A DNA stretch of 64,000 nt from Pirellulales bacterium (GCA_963733035.1 CAVTBU010000005.1:2528001-2592000), one strand, 5' to 3'. Positions 9,115-20,613 are shown, counted from the stretch's first letter. Notes: a model not told the origin generated them from the sequence alone. Numbers and translations: made by a program.

Positions 9115-10173
9115 ATGCAGTCCTCGATGCGAACTCTGTTTCGCGGTGCCGCCTTCTTTGCCGCCACCAGCGTCGTCGGTACCATCGGCTACGCGCTGGC
9201 CGGCTGGGATCCGCTCGACGCGGCCTACATGACCGTGATCACCATCTTCGGCGTCGGCTACGGCGAAGTCCATCCGCTCGACAACGACCCGCGGCTGCGA
9301 TTCTTCACCATGTTCGTGATCGTGGCCGGCTGTTCGAGCGTCATCTATTTCATCGGCGGCTTCGTGCAGATGATTGCCGAGGGAGAATTCAACCGCGTAT
9401 TGGGAGCCCGACGAATGACCAAGGGAATCGAACAGCTCAAGAACCACGCCATCATGTGCGGCTACGGACGCGTGGGACAGGCCCTGGCCCGCGAGCTCAA
9501 GGCCAGCGGCCAGCCGTTCGTGATCGTCGACTCCGACACCGAGCGGCTGCGCGAGGCCGAAGACGAGGGCTACCTGGTGCTGGTCGGCGATTGCACCGAC
9601 GAACACGTCCTTTTGATGGCGGGCATCGATCGCGCGCGGGTGGTGGCCAGCGTACTATCGAGCGACGCGGCCAACGTGTTTCTGACGCTCACCGCGCGGG
9701 AGCTGAACGGCGAAGTGGAAATCATCGCCCGCGCCGAAGCGCCGGAAACCGAGAAGAAGCTGTTCCGCTCCGGCGCCAATCGCGTGGTGCTGCCGACGGC
9801 GATCGGCGCGACGAAGATCGCCAACCTGATCTCGCGCCCCACGGCCGAATCGCTGTTGGGCGACAATTCCGGCCGCGAGCACCTGAACGAGGAGTTGGAG
9901 CACTTCGGCCTCAAGATGCAGGAATTCCCGGTCAATGCGGGAAGCGAGTTGGTTGGTCGACCGATCAGCGACGCGGAAGTGCGAGGGCAGGGGGGCGTGG
10001 TAATCGTGGCCGTTCGGCAGGCCGACCGCACGATGGTCCGCAGGCCAGAAGGCAAGTTTGTGTTGTCGGCCGGCGATAGCATCATCGTGCTGGGGCACAG
10101 CGAGCACGTGATCAGCATCGCCCGCCGCGCCGCCACCGACCGAACCGTGTTGTTCCGAGGAGCAAAGACGTAG
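9115..10173 (+). CDS. Potassium channel protein with RCK (TrkA-N/TrkA-C) domains
   Basis: Two TMs around TIFGVGYGE pore loop; CGYGRVG Rossmann motif; TrkA-C tail. Confidence 0.93.
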   Translation: MQSSMRTLFRGAAFFAATSVVGTIGYALAGWDPLDAAYMTVITIFGVGYGEVHPLDNDPRLRFFTMFVIVAGCSSVIYFIGGFVQMIAEGEFNRVLGARRMTKGIEQLKNHAIMCGYGRVGQALARELKASGQPFVIVDSDTERLREAEDEGYLVLVGDCTDEHVLLMAGIDRARVVASVLSSDAANVFLTLTARELNGEVEIIARAEAPETEKKLFRSGANRVVLPTAIGATKIANLISRPTAESLLGDNSGREHLNEELEHFGLKMQEFPVNAGSELVGRPISDAEVRGQGGVVIVAVRQADRTMVRRPEGKFVLSAGDSIIVLGHSEHVISIARRAATDRTVLFRGAKT

Positions 10174-10342
10174 CTGCTGTCATCACGGCGGTCGCCAGCG
10201 GCGGGTCAAGCTTGAGTTTAGCCGCTCGGCGGTCTAAATTGGTTGCGCGACCGGACCCCCTCGAATCGGGCCCGTTTCTCCCGCTCCGCCGGCCGCCGGG
10301 ATTGCCAACGAAACCTCGTTCATTTCGAAGGAGCCGACCACT

Positions 10343-11263
10343 ATGTTGCACCGATTTGGCATGCTGCGCCGATCGACCTTTCTCGTCGCGCTGTGCGCGA
10401 TTCTGGCCGCCGCCGCCGCGCGGGCCGCGGAAGACCACTACTTCGATTCCGACGGCGTCAAGATTCACTACGTAACCGAAGGCGAAGGAGAGCCAGTCAT
10501 TTTGATCCACGGCTTCACGGCCAGCGTTCCAGTGCAATGGCAACTGCCGGGAATCTTCGCGAAGCTCAGCAAGGAATATCAGGTCATCGCGCTCGACAAT
10601 CGCGGACACGGTCGTAGCGACAAGCCGCACGACCCGGCTGACTACGGCACCGAGATGGTCGAAGACGTGGTGCGGCTGATGGACCATCTGAAGATCGACA
10701 AGGCGCACGTGGTGGGCTACTCGATGGGGGGCTTCATGACCGGGTACATGATTTCGAAGTATCCCGATCGCTTGATGTCGGCCACGATGGGGGGCGCCGG
10801 CTGGTCGCAGGCCGACGATCCGCGGCTCGACTTCATCGAAGAGCTGGCCGCTTCGCTGGAAGCCGGCAAGGGCATCGGCCCCTTGATCGAGCACCTCACG
10901 CCGGCCGATCGCCCCAAGCCGACAGCCGAGCAGATTTCGGCCATCAACCAGATGTTGATGTTGAGCAACGACCCGAAGGCGCTGGCGGCCTGCATCCGAG
11001 GGATGAAGGGGCTGGCCGTACCAGAGGAGAAGCTCAAAGCAAACCAGGTGCCCGTGCTGGCAATCATCGGTGAAAAGGACCCCCTGAAAAACGGCGTCGA
11101 CGCGATGCAAGAGCGGATGGCCAACTTGACCGTCAGCGTGATCGACGGCGCCGATCACATGACGACGTTCACCAACCCCAAGTTCGTCAAGGATCTGAAA
11201 GCGTTCCTAGGCAATCACTCACCGGCCGAGGCAGAAGCGACAGCCGCGGCGGGAGCAAATTGA
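10343..11263 (+). CDS. Secreted alpha/beta hydrolase
   Basis: Signal peptide, IHGF, DNRGHGRS, GYSMGG nucleophile elbow, GADH; AAGGAG RBS. Confidence 0.93.
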   Translation: MLHRFGMLRRSTFLVALCAILAAAAARAAEDHYFDSDGVKIHYVTEGEGEPVILIHGFTASVPVQWQLPGIFAKLSKEYQVIALDNRGHGRSDKPHDPADYGTEMVEDVVRLMDHLKIDKAHVVGYSMGGFMTGYMISKYPDRLMSATMGGAGWSQADDPRLDFIEELAASLEAGKGIGPLIEHLTPADRPKPTAEQISAINQMLMLSNDPKALAACIRGMKGLAVPEEKLKANQVPVLAIIGEKDPLKNGVDAMQERMANLTVSVIDGADHMTTFTNPKFVKDLKAFLGNHSPAEAEATAAAGAN

Positions 11264-11292
11264 TTGCCCTCGAAGATTTGATCGCAATATGT

Positions 11293-11330
11293 CGGGGCGC
11301 AGCTCGATTCGAGTTGCGCCCCGTTTCTTT
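11293..11330 (+). terminator. Rho-independent terminator
   Basis: 14-bp stem CGGGGCGCAGCTCG/CGAGTTGCGCCCCG (one GU pair) followed by TTTCTTT, between convergent genes. Confidence 0.8.
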
Positions 11331-11338
11331 GCACACCT

Positions 11339-12568
11339 CTAGGTTCGACGGCGAAGTGCCCAGGCGCCCACCAGCAAGGCGGCCGCCGCGGCCAGGCAAC
11401 CGCTGGCGGGTTCGGGAATGAGGTAGCTGGTGCTCAACGGACTAGCGGCGATTTCGGACAGCGGCGCCGCGGCGGGAGTGGCCGTCCGCGACTTCAGAAT
11501 TTGGTTCTCCACGGATTGTATGTCGGATGTACTGACGCGATCATCACCGTTGACGTCCAGATAGTGACCCGTTCCCGTCGGTGATCCGCTGAGTTCGTGA
11601 ATCCCATTAACCCCGTTGCTCAGAATGTCGTTGACCAGTATCAGAACGTCACCGAACGTCACCGTGCCGTTCCCGCTGACGTCGTAGTAGTTGGCTTGAT
11701 TCTGCCAGAGCGGATCCGGCTTGTTGAGATAGCTCAGAATTTGGTCGCGGTAGGCCGAAAGGTCGACAATGGTCGACTGCTCGCCATAGGTGATCGTGTT
11801 GCTCGGCTGATTTGAAAGCGGCTGGTTGGCGATCATGAGCCCGGACAAATCCCATTGCCCGTCGACGTACGAGAAAACACCCCCCCCGGAATCCCCCGGC
11901 GTTGCCTGAGCTTCGAACGGGATCCCTCGGAAATCAAATGTCGTCGAAAACGTCTGGGTGAAGTCGGTGGTATTGAAGTTGGATGCGGCGGAAACGACGT
12001 TCATTCCCCATCGCATGGTGTTCGTACTCCCCAGGTTGTAGCCAAGCACATTGGATTCGAGCAGAGGCTGAGCCGACCAAGCGAGCCCCGAGGCCGACGA
12101 TGTGACGCGCCAGCCGATTAGTTTCGGCGACCGATCCGTGCCGGCGCCGATCATCATTACCTGGCTGCCCGTAGCGGGGGCCGCGGCATCAATCGACATG
12201 GCCGGCAAACCGGGGTCTTCCGCCAGCCGAAAGATACGAAGGTCGGGGGAACCGAACGGAAACACGCCGGCGTTGCTTAGTTGGATGCCGGATCCGACCG
12301 CCTCGGCCATTACGCGGCCGTCCGATAATCGCAGGTCTCCTTCACCCACGTGATTTGCGGTGATCACCCAACGATTGCCAAGATAGACGGCCGAACCGCT
12401 CCCGACGCGTCCCACGTTGTTCCAGCCCGGATTCGTGGCCGGCGCCCGCACGTTGGGCGTATCGTCGGACTCAAAGATAGCAACGGCCGTGGCGCGACTC
12501 GGCGCCAAAGCGCCAAGAAGCAAGACCGCGGCGCATCGCAGGCAGGCGACAAGAAGTCTGCTGCGCAT
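11339..12568 (-). CDS. Trypsin-like serine protease + dockerin-like domain + PEP-CTERM
   Basis: Signal peptide; TANHV, DLRIFRL, GDSGG triad; two DVxGxGxV Ca-binding repeats; IPEP-TM-RRR. Confidence 0.85.
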   Translation of the reverse strand: MRSRLLVACLRCAAVLLLGALAPSRATAVAIFESDDTPNVRAPATNPGWNNVGRVGSGSAVYLGNRWVITANHVGEGDLRLSDGRVMAEAVGSGIQLSNAGVFPFGSPDLRIFRLAEDPGLPAMSIDAAAPATGSQVMMIGAGTDRSPKLIGWRVTSSASGLAWSAQPLLESNVLGYNLGSTNTMRWGMNVVSAASNFNTTDFTQTFSTTFDFRGIPFEAQATPGDSGGGVFSYVDGQWDLSGLMIANQPLSNQPSNTITYGEQSTIVDLSAYRDQILSYLNKPDPLWQNQANYYDVSGNGTVTFGDVLILVNDILSNGVNGIHELSGSPTGTGHYLDVNGDDRVSTSDIQSVENQILKSRTATPAAAPLSEIAASPLSTSYLIPEPASGCLAAAAALLVGAWALRRRT

Positions 12569-12723
12569 CGAGATGGGTTTCCTAGGTGGCGGCGTCAATG
12601 GTGGAACTATTGGAGGACGGAAGGTGAGTTTCCAGATTAATTGGTGGTCTGACCAATTGCGAGGAGATGCTGACCACAATCTTCCCGAGGAATGCCCGAA
12701 TTCGGACAATCGTCCGTGGCACC

Positions 12724-13785
12724 CTAGTCGAAGTCCGCCACAAGTGGCCGATGATCCGAACCGATGTCGGGTCCGACCCAAGCCCTGACGCAATGCCACG
12801 GGGGACTGTAGAGAATGTGGTCAATGCGAGCCCCGTAGGTCCAGCCCCGCTTTTCGGTCATCTTTGTGAAGCCGAGTCCGAAACCGGTTGTCGAAAAGGC
12901 GTTGCGCATCGAAGACCAATAGCGGCGGTAGATGGTACTCTCCACCGGCATATTGAAGTCGCCAACAATGATTTTTGGCTCGGGGAAGCTATCGACCCAC
13001 TGTCCAACGAATTTTGTCTCCTCGTCTCGCTTCCGCAGAATGGCATTGAGCCGCGGAATGCCCGATAAGTCCACACCTCGCTTGCGGTCCAACACCGCCT
13101 CTAGGCCTGGGCGTGGCGTCATCAAATGCAAATTGAACAGTTGCACGTCTCGGCCGGGAAACTGAATCTGGTAGCGGATGGCCGCCAACTTTCCAGGTAC
13201 GGTCGGGCGACGAACCGTCCCGCGCTGCCAGATGGGATACCGGCAAGCCACCAGCAACTCATCGTTGAAAACCACGTGCCAACCCTCTGGCCAAACCAAC
13301 TTTGGTGGCACCAGCTTCACCTCCTGCAGGGCAACCACGTCGGGGCGCAGTTCATCGATCAGACTGGCCAGATCGGCCACCCGATAGTCGCGCTGGGCCA
13401 CATTGCAGGTAAGCACACGCAGCTTAAACGGCGCGCTGTCGTTGAACAGGTGAAGCTGAAAGCCCATGATCGGACCGGCGATCACCACGCCGATGATCGC
13501 CAGCAAACCGAGCCCGCGGCGAAACCAAACGGCTGCCAGCGGCACCAGGACGAGCATCGGCACCGCGCAGATCCAGCGTGGGCCAAACAAAAACAAGGTG
13601 GCCAGCCAGGCACGATCTCCTCGCAGGCGCATCCAGACAGCCAGACCGAAAATCGTGATCGCATACAGCACGATCGCCGCCACGAGTCCTCGTTGCCACG
13701 ACGTACGCCGGCGAACCGGCTTCGCATCCGAACCGGTGTCGTGCGAAGGAGCCGTGTCAGGTGGATCGTTGCTCCGCTGCGACAT
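12724..13785 (-). CDS. Membrane-anchored endonuclease/exonuclease/phosphatase (EEP) family protein
   Basis: N-terminal TMs; LTCNV, ALQE, GDFN, IDHI, SDH motifs. Confidence 0.9.
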   Translation of the reverse strand: MSQRSNDPPDTAPSHDTGSDAKPVRRRTSWQRGLVAAIVLYAITIFGLAVWMRLRGDRAWLATLFLFGPRWICAVPMLVLVPLAAVWFRRGLGLLAIIGVVIAGPIMGFQLHLFNDSAPFKLRVLTCNVAQRDYRVADLASLIDELRPDVVALQEVKLVPPKLVWPEGWHVVFNDELLVACRYPIWQRGTVRRPTVPGKLAAIRYQIQFPGRDVQLFNLHLMTPRPGLEAVLDRKRGVDLSGIPRLNAILRKRDEETKFVGQWVDSFPEPKIIVGDFNMPVESTIYRRYWSSMRNAFSTTGFGLGFTKMTEKRGWTYGARIDHILYSPPWHCVRAWVGPDIGSDHRPLVADFD

Positions 13786-13872
13786 GGGGGCCCTTGGTGT
13801 GGGGCGATGCTCGGGTAGACTTCGCGCATTTCTACGCAAGGTCCACTTGGCACGGCCGCGACGTTGCGAGGT

Positions 13873-14031
13873 TTACTGATCGGCTTCGTCTTCCGCCTTC
13901 AGGCGGGCCAGACGCGCGAGCATGTGTTTGATATCGTATGCCCCGCGAAATGCCACGTACACGGTCACGGTGGAAAACCACAACAGCGCCGCCGCGGTCA
14001 TCAGCCACCAAAAATCTTCGAGCGTCGGCAT
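13873..14031 (-). CDS. 52-aa single-TM protein, probable symporter accessory subunit
   Basis: MPTLEDFWWLMTAAALLWFSTVTVYVAFRGAYDIKHMLARLARLKAEDEADQ*; starts 1 nt after the symporter stop; not in the ORF track. Confidence 0.75.
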   Translation of the reverse strand: MPTLEDFWWLMTAAALLWFSTVTVYVAFRGAYDIKHMLARLARLKAEDEADQ

Positions 14032-14032
14032 G

Positions 14033-15522
14033 CTAGCTCTCCACGGTCGGTGCGATCACCGTTCTGCGCGGCTTCAAATACGATCCAATCACCATCGCCA
14101 AGGCCGCGCCGGCAAAGGCGGCGATGCCAGCCATCTCGGCACCGATCTCCAGGGCCGTTTCCTGCGTGGCCGGCAATTGCTCACACACCAGGTAGGCCAG
14201 CGGAATCAGGGCCCCCACCGCGATTGCGCCGGCGGCGCCCAGTTGTTGGCGGGGCGCCAGTAGCAACTCGCCACCAGCAGCGTCGACATGCTCGCCAGGT
14301 AGATCGTGCCCGTGACGGTCAGGTAGGTCCAGATTTCCTGCTGCAACGGATACCAGAGGCCATAGATCAATAGGAAAACGCCGATCAGCGCCACGATCAC
14401 ACGGTTCCAGCGCAGGCCGCGCCTTTCGGTCCACTTGGCCTTGCGCAGCGGCGCGAGCAGGTCGTTGTAGATCACACTACTCCAAGTGAGCATGTAGGAC
14501 GAGTCGGTCGACATGTCGGCGGCGAGCATGGCGGCAACCAGCAAACCCGCTAGCCCCACCGGCCAGGACATCGTCGCCAGGAACATCGGCATCGCGTCTG
14601 ATTCTTTATGCCCGGCCATCATCTCCGGGTCGAGCGTGGCCAATGCGGCAATGCCCCAGATTCCCGGAATGATGAACTGGCAAGCGAAGAAGAAGCTCGT
14701 GCGGGTATAGACCTTTTGGCCGGTGGCGGTGTCCTTGGCCGATAGCAGCCGCGCAATCGTGGTCTGCCAGGTAAGCATGGCGGCGGTGTTCACCAGGGCC
14801 TGAAACACAATATAGCGCCAGCCCAGTCCTTCGCGGACCAAGGGATTGAATCCGCCCGCGCCGTAATGTTGCTCGACCGTTGAGGCCAATTGATCCCAGG
14901 GCACATTCCACAGCGTCAGTGCGGTCACGGCCAGCATGCCGACGCTCATCACGAGGAACTGCAGATAGTCGGTCACCAGCACCGACAGCATGCCGCCGAC
15001 GATCGTGTAGAAGCCGACGGCGATCAGCATCAGCGTCATGGTGATTTCGAGATACTCTTTGTTGAAGCCGCAGACGATGACCAGAAACTCGCCGCCGGTG
15101 CGCAGGAACACGCCCATATTCAACAGGCCGCCGAGGACGATCACCACTCCGCTCCACCAACGTATTCGCGAACCAAAGCGCTGTTCGAACAGCTCGGCAA
15201 TGGTGATGACTCCCGCATCGCGGAGCGGTTTGACACAGAATCCCGTCCAGCCAATCAGCAGCATCGCCACAAAGCCAAGGAGGCCGGCGGCGGCGCCGGC
15301 AAAGCCGTGCTTGTAGCCGAGCTCGGCGCTCGACATGCATGTGACGATGCCAAACTCGGTCGCCGCCAGCGACGCCACGCCCAGGTAGACGTCCATCTCA
15401 CGGCCGGCCACCAAAAAGTGCTCGACCTTGCCCACGTACTTCCGCACGCTCAGCCCGGCAAACATCGCCACGGCGAAATAGAGCCCCACGATGCTGCCGT
15501 CAATCCAGGAGAAATTCGACAT
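14033..15522 (-). CDS. Sodium:solute symporter (SSS) family; 1-nt indel near 14240
   Basis: FLVAGR, YTIVGGMLSVLVTDYLQF, AAMLAADMST; C-terminal TMs continue in frame 14033-14434. Confidence 0.88.
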
Positions 15523-15578
15523 GGGGGCGAGGACTTTGGTACGGAAGAACGGCGCCGCACGACACTAGGCGGGGCAAC

Positions 15579-16358
15579 CTAAAACGGAAACTTCTCGTCG
15601 AGTTTCGCGCTCGATAGTTCAACAAGGAATGGTGCGAGGCGGTCGACGATGCAGTCCATCATGCGGCGGCCTTTGTCGGCCGTAGCGGCGTGCGGGTAGC
15701 CGGCGCCGGAATTCGTGGTGAGCAAGTGCCAGGGGCGAGTGATTGAAACCCAACCTTCGTTCACTGCTTGGAAACGCGTTTTGGCCATTGCTCCGTCATC
15801 GGCGATCAGCGTGCCATCGTCATTGCGGCCGACCAATTCGGGGAAGTAGGCCAGGCCAAACGACGTTTCCATTTCTCCGGCATGATCGTCGGGATAATCG
15901 AAGATTTCTCCCGCCAGATCTTTCACAGCGCTGTACCAGCTCACCAGAAAAACATGCACGGAGGTTTTGCCATACAACTCGCGGACGAGCGCTTTGAATT
16001 CGTTACCGCCGTGACTGTTAAGCAGCACGAACTTCCGCACGCCGTGATGCTCGAGCGACTTGACCAAATCGGTGATCACCGTGAACAGCGTCGAGGGATT
16101 CACGTTCATGGCCATCGGAAAGGCCATCTGGTTGGTTTCGGTGCCATAAGGAATCGTCGGCAGCAGGGCCACCTTGGCCCCTTGCTTGTGCGCCGCCTCA
16201 CAAATCTTCTCGCCGACGGTCGTCCCCTCAAATAGATCGGTGCCGTATGGCAGGTGCAAGTTGTGCGGCTCGGTGGCACCGCAAGGAAGCACCGCCACTT
16301 CGTAAGGGTTTTCTTTAATGTAGGCGTAGTTCGCTTCGGCAAGAATCCAAGGACGCAC
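15579..16358 (-). CDS. Creatininase (creatinine amidohydrolase) family protein
   Basis: GATEPHNLHLPYGTD, NSHGGN, HAGEMETS; own GGAG RBS and GTG at 16358. Confidence 0.88.
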   Translation of the reverse strand: MRPWILAEANYAYIKENPYEVAVLPCGATEPHNLHLPYGTDLFEGTTVGEKICEAAHKQGAKVALLPTIPYGTETNQMAFPMAMNVNPSTLFTVITDLVKSLEHHGVRKFVLLNSHGGNEFKALVRELYGKTSVHVFLVSWYSAVKDLAGEIFDYPDDHAGEMETSFGLAYFPELVGRNDDGTLIADDGAMAKTRFQAVNEGWVSITRPWHLLTTNSGAGYPHAATADKGRRMMDCIVDRLAPFLVELSSAKLDEKFPF

Positions 16359-16489
16359 GGCGGAAAACTCCAGGCTGGGGCATTGAATGATCAACGGCAG
16401 CCGTCGATGATACCGCCTTGCCAAGCGTTTCGATACCTCCTCGTCGCCCGGCTGGGCGTTTTGCGGTAACGCTCTACCGGGCCGCTTGT

Positions 16490-17930
16490 TCAGGGGCGCG
16501 GCAACAGTCACGCCGGCGCTCATGTAAGCGCGATAGGCGGTGTCGAGCGCCTCGTAGCTTTGGCCAGTCTGGTCGGCCAGCGATTGCGGCGTTGCGCGGC
16601 CGCGATAGATTTCCAGCAGGTACTCAACCAGCGCATCGCCGTACCGGCCGTGCTCGGCCTGCATGAAAAAGTCGGTCAGGCCGGCGCTTTGGCTGTAGAG
16701 CATTGCGATCCGCTTGTCGCGCTGCAGGTCGTCTCGCCCGAAGGTGACCAGCTCGGCCAGCGGCACGTAGAAATGGTCGACGAGCAGGCGATGCCGCGCC
16801 GCGGGAACGCGTCCGGCGTTCATTCCACCCAGCGTGAAATGACCTCCCTGGTCAGCGAGCGACTCCATGTAGCAGGCAATCCCCTCGACGATCCAGAAGT
16901 TGTTTTGTCGTCCGATTTGCGCCGTGACGTTGCGCGTCTCCTGGAACAACTGATGGGTCGCCTCGTGAAACAAGGTGCCAGGGTCCTGCTCTTCGCCGGC
17001 AAAGAAGTACGCCGTGCGATTCGTGTCGAAATAAATGCCCAGCGTAATATCGATTTGCGGCTGGGCCGAGCGAAGAGCCGCGTTGTACTCATCGCGCGTG
17101 CGAAAATAAACGACGTCATGCTGTCGGGGCAGGGGACGGGGAGACTTGCCCTCCAATAGTTTGAGCATCTCGGCGCCGCTCACCAAATAGGAAGCGAACA
17201 CTTGCCGCCATAGCCCGTAAAAGATCTCCAGGCGTTTGGCCAACGACACGCCCTCTTCCAGGCTATGGTTCGTCGTCACCACGTAGTGATCGGTTTCGAT
17301 CCGCCAACCGCGCTTCAGGTCCTGCCGCAGCCCAGCCTCTTCGTCGGCACTCATCCAGCGGCCCAGAGCGAACCGTTCGCCGCGTTCGTAGCGCTCGACG
17401 TGTGATTTCGGCAGCCAGCCAAACCGCTCGTGCCACTGCTTGCCAGACCGGAATTGGCGGACTTCAAACGGCGTGTGCCACTCGTCGCGGTACTTTACGT
17501 AGCCCAACATTTTGCGAGCCCGTTCGTCGTCGGGATTCTCTCGCATCGCCTCGACGACAAGTTCGTAGGCCAGCGACGGGCGCCCTTCGCCGGCCGCCTG
17601 CCGCGCGAGCGCCATTAGGGCGTTGGCCTGCTCGTTGCGCATATCTTGCCATTTCACGCCATCGGTCGCATCGCGCGCGGTTTCGGGCGTAGCCACCGAA
17701 GGCAACGGAAAGAGCGTGGTCTGATCCGCCGTACGCGACGGTAGCCAATGCCGCAGGGCCTCGGCAGCGCGCGGGAGGTTCTCGGCGTCGCAGCGACGCG
17801 CAAGGTCATCGAGCTTCGCCGAATATGCCGCGTAAAGGTCGGCTCGCGCCTGGATGACGTCAGCGCGCACCGCTGCCACACTGAGGGAAAACGCAACCAG
17901 CACCAGGGCGACGAGGACGGGACGCGGCAT
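16490..17930 (-). CDS. Secreted DUF1570-like zincin/peptidase domain protein
   Basis: Signal peptide, HEATH motif, WIVEGIACYME, YSQS; reads through into the creatininase as given, so the 3' end is approximate. Confidence 0.65.
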
Positions 17931-18025
17931 ATCGTTAGTTTAACATGCCGGTCCGGCACGCCCCTTTTTTCCACCGACGTCATTGCCTTGGGTTCGGGGT
18001 CGGAATTCTCTGCGGCAGGAGCTTG

Positions 18026-19024
18026 CTACGCTTGTGAAAATGCGGCGTCAAAGGCAGCGCCGGCAGGTGCGAAATCGAGGTTTTTCACGAAATGCAATGC
18101 CTCCTGGGCTCCCGCCTCGCGGTCCATGCCAGGATCTTCCCATTCGACCGAGAGCGGCCCGGCATACTTGATGTGGTTCAGGGCCCGAATAATCTCCTCG
18201 AAATCGACGGCGCCCCGGCCGGGCGAGCGAAAATCCCAGCCGCGCCGCGGATCGCCAAACGGCAAATGGCTGCCCAGGATGCTGGCTTTGCCGGTCAGTC
18301 GCACGGCCGTGTCCTTCACGTGCACATGATAGATCCGGTCGCCAACGGCGCGGAGGAACTCGACCGCGTCGACGCCTTGCCAATGCAGGTGGCTGGGGTC
18401 GAAGTTGAAACCGAATTCCTCGCGGCGGTCGATCTCCTCGAGTGCCCGCTGAGCCGTGATCAGGTCAAAGGCGATTTCCGTCGGGTGCACTTCCAAGGCA
18501 AACTGCACGCCGCACTCGCCAAACACGTCGAGAATCGGATGGAACCGCTCGGCAAACTGCGCAAAACCCGCATCGATCATGGAATCCGGCACCGGCGGAA
18601 ACCCATACAGCAGCGGCCAGATCGTTGAACCCGTGAAGCCGTTGACAATGCCGACGCCCAGCTTTTGCGCCGCCCGGGCGGTGTTCATCAACTCCTCGGC
18701 AGCGCGCTGGTTGACGCCTTCCGGATTGCCGTCGCCCCAAACGTGCGGGGGAAGAATTGCCTCGTGCCGCGCGTCCACCCGGTCGAGCACCGCCTGGCCG
18801 ACCGAATGCGCGCTGATCGCATGGACCTGCAAATCGTAGCGCTCGAGCAGGTCGCGGCGAGCGGCGCAATAGCCGGCATCCGATTGCGCTTTGTCGACTT
18901 CGAAATGATCGCCCCAGCAGGCCAGTTCCAATCCCTCGTAGCCCCACGCGCTGGCTTTGCGGGCCACGTCCTCCAGCGGCAAATCGGCCCATTGTCCAGT
19001 GAATAGCGTAACCGGCCGTCCCAT
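18026..19024 (-). CDS. Sugar phosphate isomerase/epimerase (xylose isomerase-like TIM barrel)
   Basis: [50 protein letters not shown]. Confidence 0.92.
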   Translation of the reverse strand: MGRPVTLFTGQWADLPLEDVARKASAWGYEGLELACWGDHFEVDKAQSDAGYCAARRDLLERYDLQVHAISAHSVGQAVLDRVDARHEAILPPHVWGDGNPEGVNQRAAEELMNTARAAQKLGVGIVNGFTGSTIWPLLYGFPPVPDSMIDAGFAQFAERFHPILDVFGECGVQFALEVHPTEIAFDLITAQRALEEIDRREEFGFNFDPSHLHWQGVDAVEFLRAVGDRIYHVHVKDTAVRLTGKASILGSHLPFGDPRRGWDFRSPGRGAVDFEEIIRALNHIKYAGPLSVEWEDPGMDREAGAQEALHFVKNLDFAPAGAAFDAAFSQA

Positions 19025-19218
19025 ACGGTGCTCCTTGCTAAGTGCAATTCCTGCGCTCCGCGTTATTGTGGCGAAACCCTGGCGGCGTGCAACTGGTACG
19101 AAGCTGGTTGAACTGGTATCGGGCCGGCCATGCGAGTCGGCTTGAGCCGCCCGCTGGCAGGTCTTACTCTGGGGGCTCGTTCGGACTGAAGCCTTCACTC
19201 TACCGCCAGAATCTCGAT

Positions 19219-20340
19219 ATGCCTGTCTCCAAAACCTCTCAACCTGTGCGCATCGGTATTATCGGTGCCGGCGCCGTCAGCGACTATCACCACGTGCCCG
19301 CCATCCGGATTGATCCAAGGGCACAGCTTGTGGCCGCCTGCGATGCCAACGCCGATCTGCTCGCCAAGCGCAAAACCGATTGGGGCGTTGAGATCGTCAG
19401 CACCGATCCGGACGTCATCTGCGGGCATGCGAACGTCGATGCGGTGATCATCGCCACACCGAATTTCACGCACCGGCCAATCGCCATGGCCGCGGCCAGG
19501 TGTGGCAAGCACATCATGTGCGAAAAGCCGCTGGGGCTGAACGCCGGCGAAGTGCGCGAGATGTATACAGCAGCACGCGACGCGGACGTCGTGCACATGA
19601 CGGCGTTCACGTATCGTTTCGCGCCCTCGATGCGCTATTTGAAGCACCTGGTCTCCTCCGGGCAGCTGGGCGAACCGCGGCACTTTCGCAGTCAGCGATT
19701 CCTGGATTGGCCGGAAACGAGTTGGGGCTGGCGGCAGTATCAGCATCTGGCAGGTGCCGGCGATCTGTTCGACATGACAATCCATCGGATCGACTTTGCG
19801 CAAGACTTGCTCGGACCGATCGCCCGCGTGACCGGCGCGCTGGCTCGTTTCGCTCCCCGCACGCAAACGGCCGACGGCAAGCCGTGCGAACCGTCGAATG
19901 TCGACGACTGGTCGAGTATCATCGGCGAATTCGACTGTGGCGCGACCGGCGTGTGGGAGGGCACGACGCTAGCAAAGGGATACGGCCGAGGCGGCTTTGG
20001 TCATGAGTGGGCCGAGATCAACGGCTCCGAGGGCTCCGCCGTGTACCAGCTTCACCAGCCCAACAGTATTCTCGTTGGCAAAACCGGCCAAGACTTGGCG
20101 CCGGTTGAAGTTCCGAAAGAATTCTTGAAACCCGCCGACAGCCCTCGCGATCCGTCGGTCGGCGAGCCGGCAACGGTATTTCGCTACGACCTGGTTTGGG
20201 AGTTTGTCTCGGCGATCGTCGAGGGCCGCGGGGCCATGCCCGATTTCTACCACGGTCTACAAGCTCAACGCGTGGCCGACGCGGCGATCGAGTCGTACGC
20301 CGGGCGGAAATGGGTCGAGCTTCCCGCGGAAGCTCGATAA
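19219..20340 (+). CDS. Gfo/Idh/MocA family oxidoreductase
   Basis: [30 protein letters not shown]. Confidence 0.93.
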   Translation: MPVSKTSQPVRIGIIGAGAVSDYHHVPAIRIDPRAQLVAACDANADLLAKRKTDWGVEIVSTDPDVICGHANVDAVIIATPNFTHRPIAMAAARCGKHIMCEKPLGLNAGEVREMYTAARDADVVHMTAFTYRFAPSMRYLKHLVSSGQLGEPRHFRSQRFLDWPETSWGWRQYQHLAGAGDLFDMTIHRIDFAQDLLGPIARVTGALARFAPRTQTADGKPCEPSNVDDWSSIIGEFDCGATGVWEGTTLAKGYGRGGFGHEWAEINGSEGSAVYQLHQPNSILVGKTGQDLAPVEVPKEFLKPADSPRDPSVGEPATVFRYDLVWEFVSAIVEGRGAMPDFYHGLQAQRVADAAIESYAGRKWVELPAEAR

Positions 20341-20613
20341 CCAGGTTGAGCGCCCATGCTTGGACGACTACGATTAGGAATGACGGCAATGCGATGGTAT
20401 TCGCGCATCGCTGCATGTTTTCTTCGTTGCGCCGGCTAATGCAATTCTCTTGATCCGAAACCTCGCTGTTTGCGCGTGGATTGTGCGCACCCCGATCGTT
20501 TCGGACTTCTCCGTGTCGCGGCATCATTACGCCGTTCGCACATCGAACCTGTGCCCGAGGCTGGCGTTCGATCTTTACCTGATCTCGCTCACACCACCGG
20601 TGATTTCATTGCT

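Noticed and set aside
15579..17930. Apparent 783-aa DUF1570-creatininase fusion
   Set aside because: The creatininase has its own RBS and GTG at 16358, the linker looks non-coding, and one C fewer at GCGCCCCTGA gives a stop near 16490. Likely an indel artefact.
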